From the NCBI GenBank assembly GCA_965242525.1, contig OZ251459.1, positions 640,001 through 704,000 of the forward strand: a stretch of DNA of 64,000 nt. Direction: 5' to 3'. Below the pieces are notes generated by a model. That model was not told where the DNA came from, ran no database searches, and worked only from the letters and a program-made list of their open reading frames with translations. This DNA is from an uncultured Candidatus Binatia bacterium. Lineage in GTDB: Bacteria; Desulfobacterota; Binatia; UBA9968; JAJDTQ01. Below are positions 10,398-18,616 of this stretch, in pieces. Position numbers and translations under genes: made by a program. Numbering within the stretch: the first letter of the stretch is position 1; each line of letters opens with the position of its first letter.

Positions 10398-11126
10398 CTA
10401 CGGCGTCCGCAGCAGGAAGGTCTGTCCGGTAACGAAGCGCGCCGCGTCGGAGACGAGGTAGCGCACCAGGCCGGTGATCTCGTCCTTCTGCGTAAGCCCG
10501 CCCTGCAAGGGGTCTTCGCCCTCGATGGCCTGCCACTGCTCTTCGGTGTAGCCGGCCCGGGCCATGGGCGTCTCGGTGCGTCCGGGACAGATGTTGTTCA
10601 CGAGGATGTGGTCCGGGGCCACCTCCACGGCCATGGACTTGGTGAAGCCGATGACGCCGGCCTTGGAGGCGGCGTAGTGCGCCGAGTTGGGCGCGCCGGC
10701 AATGCCGCGCCCGGACGCGACGTTGAGTATGCGCCCCTGCTTGCGCGGGCGCATGGCCGCGGCCGCGGCCTGGCAACAGAGGAAGATCCCCCGCAGGTTG
10801 ACCCGGATGACCCGGTCCCACTCGTCCTCGGACATGTCGGCCACGGGGAAACGGCCCATGAGGCCCGCGGTGTTGATCTGGTGGTCGAGCTTGCCGTAGG
10901 CCTGCACGGCCCGGTCGATCATGGCTTGGACGCTCTGCTTGTCGCCCACGTCCACGCCCACGGCCAGGGCCTCCCCGCCCCGGGACTTGAGCTCCGCGGC
11001 CAGGGTCTCCGCCTGGTCCTGCCGGAAGTCGGCCACCACCACTTGAAACCCGTCTTCGGCGAGGGCTGCGCAGATGGACGATCCCAGGCCGCCCGCCCCT
11101 CCGGTCACGATAGCTGTTCCCGCCAT
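10398..11126 (-). CDS. SDR family oxidoreductase (FabG-like)
   Basis: TGGAGGLG, NTAG, YAASK catalytic motif. Confidence 0.92.
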   Translation of the reverse strand: MAGTAIVTGGAGGLGSSICAALAEDGFQVVVADFRQDQAETLAAELKSRGGEALAVGVDVGDKQSVQAMIDRAVQAYGKLDHQINTAGLMGRFPVADMSEDEWDRVIRVNLRGIFLCCQAAAAAMRPRKQGRILNVASGRGIAGAPNSAHYAASKAGVIGFTKSMAVEVAPDHILVNNICPGRTETPMARAGYTEEQWQAIEGEDPLQGGLTQKDEITGLVRYLVSDAARFVTGQTFLLRTP

Positions 11127-11313
11127 GTGCTGTTCCTCCTCGGTTGCGGTTCGGTTGCAAGGTTCGTCTTGCGCGCGCCCCGGGCCCGGGTCGATGGCGC
11201 CCTTGGAGGGCGGCGTCCCGGGTCCCCTCCCGCGGGCGCTTCCCCTGCGCGCTCCCGCGGCCAGCCGATGCCATATCCCGGCGGATGCGGAAAAGCAAGC
11301 AAGGGCGCGGCTC

Positions 11314-12627
11314 TCAACCGCCCGCGGACTTGCGGTACTCGGCGAAGGCGGCCTCCCAGCCTCCGCGGGAAAGGCGCCACAGGTTGGCGGTGAAGCGCTG
11401 GACCATGAACAGGCTGAACCCCGCCCAGACCCCGAACAGGCCGAGCTCCAGCAGGAAGGCGGCGCCGGTGGCCGGGACGAACAGCAGCAGGCCGCCGGAG
11501 AGCATGGCCCACATGAGGAAGCGGGTGTCGTGGGCGCCCATGAGGAAGCCGTCGAGGGCGAACACGACGCCGTTCAGGGGTTGCAGCGCCGCGAGCAGCA
11601 GGAACGCCTCGGTGCGCGCCAGCTCCGTCACCGCGGCGGAGTCGGTGAAGATCCCCAGCAGCGGCTGCTGGAACGCCAGGTAGGCCGCGCCGAAGACCGC
11701 GCCGCCGGCGCCGCCCCAGACCGCGAGCAGCCGTCCGAGGCGCCGGGCGCGCGCCGGGTCGTTGGCGCCCAGGCGCCGCGCCACCAGCGTCTGTCCGGCC
11801 ACGGCCAGTCCGTCGATGGTGTCGGAGCAGAAGAGGAAGAGCTGGAAGACGATCTCGTAGGCCGCCAGATAGACCGGCCCCATGCGCGCCACCATGGCGG
11901 TGGCGAACACCAGCGACAGGCGGAGACCCGCGGTGCGTACGGCAAGGTCCCCGGCGATCCGGGAGAGGTTGCGGAAACCGTCCGGGCGCAGGCGCCCCCG
12001 GCCCAGCCGGTAGGGGGCGGTGCGGCGGGAGAAGAACAGCAGCCCCAGGTACACGGCCACGCCCAGGCCGTGGGCCGCCACCGAGGCCATGGCCGCGCCC
12101 CGGAGGCCGAAGGCGGGGAAACCGAGTTTGCCGTAGATCAGCGCGTAGTCCAGGGCCACGTTGACTCCGCTCATGAGGAAGGCCACGAGCATGGGCGTAA
12201 CCGTGTCCTGCACCCCGCGCAGGAATCCTGCCGCGGCGTAGATGCAGAACAGCATGGGGACCGCGGCGCAGCGGATGCGGAAGTAGGGGACGCCCTGCTC
12301 GGCAACGGCCGGGCCGGCGCCCATGACGGCGTACAGCTCGGGGGCAAACAGGAAGCAGAGGGAGGCCGCCAGCAGCCCGCCGGCCAGGGCCAGGGCGAGG
12401 GCGTGCCGGAAGATGTCGCCGCAGCCCGGGAAGTTCCGCGAGCCGTACTGGCTCGCCACAAGGCTGGTGGTGCCGAAGATGAGGAACGCGAAGATCCAGT
12501 TCACCGCGCCCATGAGGCCCGTGGCCACGGCCTTGGCCGCCAGGGGCTCCACCCCCAGGCGGCCGATCATGGCGGTGTCGGCAATGTTCAGCACCGGCTC
12601 GCTGGCGATGGCCAGCGAGGCCGGCAC
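11314..12627 (-). CDS. MATE family efflux transporter (DinF-like); start uncertain
   Basis: DTAMIGRLG, GFLRGVQDT.TP, FG..GAA.AS, DG.LMGA.D. The frame continues upstream (DLLRLAVP) without a standard start codon. Confidence 0.85.
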   Translation of the reverse strand: MPASLAIASEPVLNIADTAMIGRLGVEPLAAKAVATGLMGAVNWIFAFLIFGTTSLVASQYGSRNFPGCGDIFRHALALALAGGLLAASLCFLFAPELYAVMGAGPAVAEQGVPYFRIRCAAVPMLFCIYAAAGFLRGVQDTVTPMLVAFLMSGVNVALDYALIYGKLGFPAFGLRGAAMASVAAHGLGVAVYLGLLFFSRRTAPYRLGRGRLRPDGFRNLSRIAGDLAVRTAGLRLSLVFATAMVARMGPVYLAAYEIVFQLFLFCSDTIDGLAVAGQTLVARRLGANDPARARRLGRLLAVWGGAGGAVFGAAYLAFQQPLLGIFTDSAAVTELARTEAFLLLAALQPLNGVVFALDGFLMGAHDTRFLMWAMLSGGLLLFVPATGAAFLLELGLFGVWAGFSLFMVQRFTANLWRLSRGGWEAAFAEYRKSAGG

Positions 12628-12682
12628 CGCGAGTCGCAGCAGGTCCCGGGCGTCCGAGGCCCGGGCCGCGGGCGCGGCGGGG

Positions 12683-13087
12683 TCAGGAATGGCGCGGACC
12701 GCCTTGAGGGTGGATGCGGACGGTGGCGGTGGCGCGGTCGAAGCGCCGGCGCAGCCATCGCTTGAACGCGGTCCGCGTCAGGGGAACGAGCAGCAGGAAG
12801 CCGCACGCGTCCGTGAGTATCCCCGGGGTGATGAGCAGCAGTCCCGCCACCAGTATGATCACCCCGTCCATCATCTCCTCTGCGGGGACCACGCCCCGGT
12901 TGAGGTTCCGGTGGATCTGGCCCAGGGTCCGGAGCCCTTCCAGCCGCGCGAGGAAGGCGCCCAACATCCCGGTGCCGAGCACCAGCAGCACGGTGTTCAG
13001 CGCTCCCAGCACCGAGCCCACCTCGATGAGGAGGTAGAGTTCCACCAGAGGGACCGCGGTGAACAGCAGCAGGAGTCGCGCAAACAT
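12683..13087 (-). CDS. fxsA: FxsA family membrane protein
   Basis: PLVELYLLIEVG, AGLLLITPGILTD. Confidence 0.92.
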   Translation of the reverse strand: MFARLLLLFTAVPLVELYLLIEVGSVLGALNTVLLVLGTGMLGAFLARLEGLRTLGQIHRNLNRGVVPAEEMMDGVIILVAGLLLITPGILTDACGFLLLVPLTRTAFKRWLRRRFDRATATVRIHPQGGPRHS

Positions 13088-13437
13088 GGCGTCGGGGAGG
13101 GACGTCCGGGCCGGACGCCGCCCCAAGGCATTGGCGGCATCCGCACGCTCGGCAACACGTCCCGGAGGCGCTCCACCGCGGGGCAGCCCCCGCGCATTCG
13201 GCAACACGCGCGGACCCGTGCGGACCCGCGTCGTCCACGGGCGATCATAGGGGAGGGCAGGGGAGATTGCAATTCGCGGCGCTTCCGGGTTCGTGTGGGT
13301 TGTGGCGCTCCCGGCCCACGCGATGAGGTCCGATCAGGGCAGGGAATCGCAGCCGTCCCGCCCCGTCATTCCCGCGCAAGCATGTGCATGTCCTCGCGGA
13401 AGCGGGGGCGGGAGTCCGGAAGAGGGAATCGCAGCCG

Positions 13438-13684
13438 CCACACTCCGTCATTCCCGCGAAAGCGGGAATCCATCCATTCTTGTCCCATCGAGTGGACCGA
13501 GGAGAGGAACCTCTGAACAATCGAGACATGGAGCATGGATTCCCTCACCCTGACCCCTATCCCCGTTCGTCCTGAGCGTAGCGAAGCGGAGTCGAAGGAC
13601 GCGCTCATGCTTCCTGTCCGCTGTCCGGATTGTTCAGAGGTTCCGAAACTGGATTCCCGCTTTCGCGGGAATGACGGAGTGTGG
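13438..13684. repeat. Inverted doublet (REPIN-like) of REP family B, enclosing a MITE A copy
   Basis: CCACACTCCGTCATTCCCGCGAAAGCGGGAATCCA at 13438-13472 and its exact reverse complement at 13650-13684. Degenerate GCGGGAATGACG copies follow to about 13826. Confidence 0.9.
13506..13644 (+). mobile_element. MITE family A copy with perfect 17-bp TIRs
   Basis: GGAACCTCTGAACAATC ... GATTGTTCAGAGGTTCC; core CCGTTCGTCCTGAGCGTAGCGAAGCGGAGTCGAAGGAC; flanks GAGA/GAAA. Confidence 0.88.
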
Positions 13685-13929
13685 GCGTCAGCGGGAATGA
13701 CGGAGGCGGGGCGTCGTCCCGAACCATCCCGGCCGATCTCACCAAATCCCGGTGTGGGCGTCAGCGGGAATGACGAGGTGCGGGCGGCCGCGGGAAGTCG
13801 GGGTGCGGGTGTCTGCGGGAATGACGTGGGTTGGGCGAGTTGCGGACTTGAAAGGCGGTGTGCGGTGGTCTATCCTGACGGGACTGCCGCTTGGCGGCGT
13901 TCTTCAGCCAGTTCAGCCAGGAGGTTCCG

Positions 13930-14430
13930 ATGCCGATTACCAACAGCCTTCCCGAGACGGTCTTCACCACCCGGGTCGACGACCTGTTGAACTGGGGCCG
14001 GGCGTCGTCCCAGTGGTACATGTTGTTCGGCCTGGCCTGTTGCGCCATCGAGCTGATGCAGACCGGCGGGCCCCGGGCGGACCTGGACCGCTTCGGGTGC
14101 GTGCCCCGGGCCACTCCGCGCCAGTCGGACCTGATGATCGTGGCCGGGACGCTGACCTACAAGATGGCCAAGCGCACGCGGCTGCTCTACGACCAGATGC
14201 CCGACCCCAAGTACGTGATCTCCATGGGAAGCTGCTCCAACTGCGGCGGCCTGTTCCAGATGGCCTATTCCGTGTGCAAGGGGGTGGACAAGATCGTGCC
14301 GGTGGACGTGTACGTGCCGGGGTGTCCGCCGCGCCCCGAGGCGCTCACCGAAGGCCTGCTGCGGATCCAGGACAAGGTGATGCGCGAGCGGTGGCTGGTC
14401 AAGGGGTCGGCGGCGGCCGCGGCTCGCTGA
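13930..14430 (+). CDS. nuoB: NADH-quinone oxidoreductase subunit B (stand-alone)
   Basis: [51 protein letters not shown]. Confidence 0.95.
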   Translation: MPITNSLPETVFTTRVDDLLNWGRASSQWYMLFGLACCAIELMQTGGPRADLDRFGCVPRATPRQSDLMIVAGTLTYKMAKRTRLLYDQMPDPKYVISMGSCSNCGGLFQMAYSVCKGVDKIVPVDVYVPGCPPRPEALTEGLLRIQDKVMRERWLVKGSAAAAAR

Positions 14431-14446
14431 CCTTGAGATCTCAAGG
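14431..14446. promoter_or_regulatory. Perfect 16-bp palindrome between nuoB stop and ferredoxin RBS
   Basis: CCTTGAGATCTCAAGG is its own reverse complement and overlaps the start of AGGGAGG. Confidence 0.45.
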
Positions 14447-14456
14447 GAGGAATCGC

Positions 14457-14765
14457 ATGGCAGGTTACGTCAAGGTGGCGACCACGGATGAAGTGGCGCC
14501 GGGCCAGCCCAAGCTGGTGGAGGTCAACGGCCGCAGGGTGGCCCTGTTCAACCTGGACGGGTCCTTCTACGCCATCGACGACCTCTGCACCCATCGCGGC
14601 GCGCCGTTGTCCGAGGGGGAGGTCATGGGCAAGGACGTCCAGTGCCCGTGGCACGGCGCGCTGTTCGACATCGCCACGGGCGAGGCCTCCGGCCCTCCCG
14701 CGGAGGCCGGGGTGGATGTGTTCAAGGTCCGCGTGGAAGGGTCGGATATCGAGGTCGAGGTCTGA
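14457..14765 (+). CDS. Rieske [2Fe-2S] ferredoxin
   Basis: CTHRG and CPWHG motifs, 102 aa. Confidence 0.93.
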   Translation: MAGYVKVATTDEVAPGQPKLVEVNGRRVALFNLDGSFYAIDDLCTHRGAPLSEGEVMGKDVQCPWHGALFDIATGEASGPPAEAGVDVFKVRVEGSDIEVEV

Positions 14766-14830
14766 TCGGACGGCGCCCCGCGGGGGTTGCATGCCCCGGG
14801 GAACCGGGACCGTGCGGGAAACGCATGAAG

Positions 14831-15009
14831 GGAAACCCTGAACGACGACTCCCCGTCAGGAAGACTCCGAACGAGTTGCAACTATCCCCCGTTCGTCATG
14901 AGCGTAACGAAGCAATATCCCCGTTCGTCCTGAGCGTAGCGAAGCGAAGTCGAAGGACGCGCTTTCCCGCAGGGAAGGGGAAATCGAGCCGGAATCGACC
15001 AGACGTTCC
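14831..15009 (+). mobile_element. MITE family A copy (partial internal duplication)
   Basis: GGAAACCCTGAACGAC ... CCAGACGTTCC; two CCCCGTTCGTC units. Confidence 0.7.
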
Positions 15010-15038
15010 CAATCGGGAGTTCCAGGAAGGAGAGAGCC

Positions 15039-15362
15039 ATGGCGGATGACGTTCGCAGCAGGATCGAGGACCAGGTGAAGAACAACCGGGTGATGGTGTT
15101 CATGAAGGGGACCCCGAACTTCCCCCAGTGCGGTTTCTCCGCTCACACGGTGGAGATCCTGCGCGCCCACGACGCGGAGTTCGAGAGCTTCGACGTGCTG
15201 TCCGACCCCGCGGTGAGGGAAGGCGTCAAGCAGTACTCCAACTGGCCCACCATCCCGCAGGTCTATATCGACGGCAAGTTCGTGGGCGGCTGCGACATCG
15301 TCCACGAACTGCACGAGCGGGGCGAGCTCGGCGCGCTGCTCGAGCCCGCGGCCGGGGAGTAG
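15039..15362 (+). CDS. grxD: Monothiol glutaredoxin Grx4
   Basis: FMKGTP..PQCGFS, WPTIPQ, GGCDI. Confidence 0.96.
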   Translation: MADDVRSRIEDQVKNNRVMVFMKGTPNFPQCGFSAHTVEILRAHDAEFESFDVLSDPAVREGVKQYSNWPTIPQVYIDGKFVGGCDIVHELHERGELGALLEPAAGE

Positions 15363-15455
15363 CCGTCGGACGCCGCGTCCGGGGCTTCGGCGCGGACGGG
15401 GGCGTCCGTGCGCCGGGTCGAAAGTCCCGCGGATGGTCTCCGGCGAAAGCCTTTG

Positions 15456-15554
15456 GGACACTCCGAGAAATCGTTCCCGTTCGTCCCGGGCGTAGCGAAG
15501 CGAAGTCGCAGGACGCGCTTTCCCGAGGGAACGATGGTTTCGATCGGACGGTCC
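15456..15554 (+). mobile_element. MITE family A copy (degenerate)
   Basis: GGACACTCCGAGAAATC ... GATCGGACGGTCC; core present; flanks TTTG/TTTC. Confidence 0.6.
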
Positions 15555-15626
15555 TTTCCACTGCCCGCGGCCCCCGCTCCCGTATCGATGCGCGCCCGGG
15601 CCTGAGCCCGCCAGGGAGGGAGACCC

Positions 15627-16037
15627 ACGGCTTCGCCATACGAAGAGATCGGCCCGGAGCGTCTGCGGGAAGTGGTGGACGTCTTCGTGGACCGGATATT
15701 CGACGACGTGATGATCGGCTTCTTCTTCCGCAACGCGGACCGCGGCCGGATCAAGGAGTTGGAGTTCCAGTTCACCGCGCGTTCCCTGGGCGCCGACGTG
15801 GAGTACCGGGGGCGCCCCCTGGAGCAGGCCCACGCGCCGCATCCCATCATGGGCGGACAGTTCGCGCGGCGGCTCCAGATCCTGCGCGAGACCCTGGACG
15901 AGTTCCGGGTCCCCGAATCCGTGCGCGCCGCGTGGCTGGACCACACCGAGAGCCTGCGCTCGCTCATCACCCGGGACCGGGGCTCCGACTGCGATCCTGC
16001 AGTAGCCCGGCGCAAGGCCCTGGGCCTTCGGTCATGA
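15627..16037 (+). CDS. Group I truncated hemoglobin (apparent ACG start)
   Basis: SPYEEIG.ERLREVVDVFVDRIFDD..IGFFF...Y.GR.L.QAHA. RBS-like GGAGG precedes ACG at 15627; first GTG is at 15672. Confidence 0.8.
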   Translation, partial: TASPYEEIGPERLREVVDVFVDRIFDDVMIGFFFRNADRGRIKELEFQFTARSLGADVEYRGRPLEQAHAPHPIMGGQFARRLQILRETLDEFRVPESVRAAWLDHTESLRSLITRDRGSDCDPAVARRKALGLRS

Positions 16038-16987
16038 CCCCGGTCCGGGACGACGCGCTGGTGGTCAAGACGGCCCGGGACGAGGCCTTCGCCCTGGCCC
16101 TCTACCTGAGGCTGCGCGACATCGAGACCGGCGAGGTCCACAACGTCCTGACGCAGTTGGCGGCGGTGGAGCAGGGGCACGTGGCCTTCTGGACCAGCCT
16201 CGCCGGGCTCGACCGCCTGTCCCTGGACCGGGGCCAGCGGTTCCGGCTGGGCCTCCTCGTCGTCTTGCGGCGGCTGTTCGGCGTCGGCATGACGTTCCTC
16301 ATACTCGAAGCGGTGGAGATCTACGGGGTCAACAAGTACTGGGCCCTCTGGGAGCGCCACAAGGACACGCTCCAGGGGCCGCGGATACGCGAGGTCCTCC
16401 AGGACGAGTTCGGCCACGAGGACCGGCTCGTGGCCAACCTCACCGGCCGGCGGCTGAACGCCGAACGGGTCCGCGACATCTTCCTGGGCCTCAACGACGG
16501 CCTGGTGGAGGTGCTCGGCAGCGTCAGCGGCTTCTACGCCTCGTTCGGGGACCCCGTCTATGTCCTGGTGGCCGGCCTCACGGTGGCGGTGGCCGGCTCC
16601 ATCTCCATGGCCGCGGGCGTGTTGGCTTCTTCCCGCTCCCAACTGGAGGTGCAGCGGATCGAGAACGCCAAGCGCAGCTTCTTCGACCCCGGTTCCGAAC
16701 CGCTGCCGGAGACGCGCCCGCTGGCCGCGGCCCTGGCGGTGGCCGCTTCCTACCTGGCGGGCGCGCTGTTCCCCATCTTTCCGGTGCTCCTGGGCGCGGC
16801 CACTCCGCTGTGGTCGGTACTGGTGGGCGGAGTCATGGCGACCCTGGTCACCATGCTGTTGTCCTTCCTGTCCGGCATGGACGTCCGGTCCCGGGTGCTC
16901 CAGAACGTGTTGCTGGTGGCCGCGGCCGTAGCCGTCACCTACGGCCTGGGAACGCTGGTCAGGCATCTCTGGCAGGTTGCCGTGTAA
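16034..16987 (+). CDS. Ferritin/rubrerythrin-like domain fused to VIT1/CCC1 transporter (MbfA-like)
   Basis: E..A..LY, EQGH and DEFGH di-iron motifs; RDIFLGLNDGLVE and AGSISMAAG VIT1 motifs; ATGA overlap with the trHb stop. Confidence 0.88.
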   Translation: MTPVRDDALVVKTARDEAFALALYLRLRDIETGEVHNVLTQLAAVEQGHVAFWTSLAGLDRLSLDRGQRFRLGLLVVLRRLFGVGMTFLILEAVEIYGVNKYWALWERHKDTLQGPRIREVLQDEFGHEDRLVANLTGRRLNAERVRDIFLGLNDGLVEVLGSVSGFYASFGDPVYVLVAGLTVAVAGSISMAAGVLASSRSQLEVQRIENAKRSFFDPGSEPLPETRPLAAALAVAASYLAGALFPIFPVLLGAATPLWSVLVGGVMATLVTMLLSFLSGMDVRSRVLQNVLLVAAAVAVTYGLGTLVRHLWQVAV

Positions 16988-17026
16988 GGGGGCCGGCGCG
17001 CTCCTTGCGCACACCGGCGAGGCCAC

Positions 17027-18616
17027 ATGGGAAACCGGGACACCGCAGCCGCGCGGGACTACCACGAGAAGACCTGCCACTCCCCGGCAAGCGTCCGCAG
17101 CGGTCCGCACTCCCTGGACTGGGACAACCAGCCCCACCCCTTCAAGGTGTACGAGGCTCCGGGTTCGCTGCCCCTGGAGCAGCGCCTGGGGTCGTCGGAC
17201 ACGCCCGCGCTGCGGGCCATCTCCGAGTCCGCTCCGGAAGGCCACAGGCAGGTCACCCGGCAGGAGCTGGGGGAGTTGCTGTTCCTCTGCGCCGGCGTCA
17301 CCCGGCGGCGGCGCTATTTCGGCGGCGAGATGCTGTTTCGGGCGGCCGCGTGCACGGGCGCGTTGTACCACATCGACATCTACCTGGCGGCCGGTCCGTT
17401 GGCCGACCTCGATGCGGGCGTCTATCACTTCGCCCCCGAACGGTTCGCCCTCACCCCCTTGCGGGCGGGGGACCACCGGGGCGCGCTGGCGGAGGCGTCC
17501 GGCGGCGAGCCGGCCGTGGCCCATGCGCCGGCCGTGCTCGTGCTGGCATCGACTTTCTGGCGCAATAGCTGGAAGTACCGCGCCCGCGCCTACCGGCACT
17601 GCTTCTGGGACGGCGGCACCGTGCTGGCCAACTGCCTGGCCGCGGCTTCGGCCCGGGGCATCCCGGCCCGGGCGGTGATGGGGTTTGCGGACGCCGCGGT
17701 CAACCGCCTGCTCGGCCTCGACCCGGACCGGGAGGCGGCCCTGTGCATGGTCCCCGTGGGCCGTTCGGCCTCGGCCGCGGCGCCCTCCGGGGAGCGGGCG
17801 CCGGCCCTGGACCTGGCCACCCGGCCGCTGTCGGCGCACGAGGTGGACTACCCGCTCATCCGGGAGACCCACGCGGCCTCGAGCCTGGAGAGCGGCGACG
17901 AGGTCCGCCGCTGGCGCGAGGAGGCCGAGGCCGGCGCCGGCGTGTCAGGGGCCGACGAGGCCGGCAGCGACGAGGCGGAGGCCGGGCAAACGCAAGCCGC
18001 GGTCCCCGAACTGCCCTTGGATCTCGAGTCCGCGCCGTCGCTTCCCGCGGCCGGCCTGGAGCAGGCGGTCCTGCGCCGGGGCTCCACCCGGCGCTTTTCC
18101 CACGAGTCCATCACTTTCGCCCAGTTGTCCAACGCCCTGCACTACGCCACCCGGGGCGTGGCCACGGACGCGGACCCTTCCGGCGCCCGGCCCCTGAACC
18201 AGCTCTACCTCATCGTCAACCACGTGGACGGCATGGCCCCCGGCGCCTACGTGCTGGACCGCGGCCGCGGACGCCTGCAACTCCTCCGGGAAGGGCAGTT
18301 CCGCAAGGAGGCCGGCTTCCTGGGGCTGGGACAGGAGATCCCCGCGGACGCCAGCGTCAACGTCTATTTCCTCGCCGACCTGGAGCCGGTGCTCCGGCGC
18401 TACGGCAACCGCGGCTACCGGCTCGCCGGGATGGAGGCCGGGGTCGAGGCCGGCCGCCTCTACCTGGCGGCCTACGCCCAGGGTATCGGGGCTTCGGGGC
18501 TGACCTTCTTCGACCACGAGGTGACGCGCTTCTTCTCGCCCCACGCCGCGGGCAAGAGCGTCATGTTCCTGATGGCGCTGGGTCGGCGGCTGCGGTCGAA
18601 GAAGGCGGGCGGCTAA
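17027..18616 (+). CDS. SagB/ThcOx-family two-domain nitroreductase-like oxidoreductase
   Basis: YHEKT.H, LDWDNQP..FK.Y, FRAAACTGALY, WKYR.RAYR, RRGSTRRF, GLTFFD. Confidence 0.85.
   Translation: MGNRDTAAARDYHEKTCHSPASVRSGPHSLDWDNQPHPFKVYEAPGSLPLEQRLGSSDTPALRAISESAPEGHRQVTRQELGELLFLCAGVTRRRRYFGGEMLFRAAACTGALYHIDIYLAAGPLADLDAGVYHFAPERFALTPLRAGDHRGALAEASGGEPAVAHAPAVLVLASTFWRNSWKYRARAYRHCFWDGGTVLANCLAAASARGIPARAVMGFADAAVNRLLGLDPDREAALCMVPVGRSASAAAPSGERAPALDLATRPLSAHEVDYPLIRETHAASSLESGDEVRRWREEAEAGAGVSGADEAGSDEAEAGQTQAAVPELPLDLESAPSLPAAGLEQAVLRRGSTRRFSHESITFAQLSNALHYATRGVATDADPSGARPLNQLYLIVNHVDGMAPGAYVLDRGRGRLQLLREGQFRKEAGFLGLGQEIPADASVNVYFLADLEPVLRRYGNRGYRLAGMEAGVEAGRLYLAAYAQGIGASGLTFFDHEVTRFFSPHAAGKSVMFLMALGRRLRSKKAGG

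Noticed and set aside
13149-13208. Two TCGGCAACACG direct repeats upstream of fxsA
   Set aside because: Only two copies 49 bp apart in GC-rich DNA; cannot be distinguished from chance.
17027-18616. RiPP/azole biosynthetic cluster
   Set aside because: No YcaO, precursor peptide or exporter nearby; stand-alone SagB-like genes are common.
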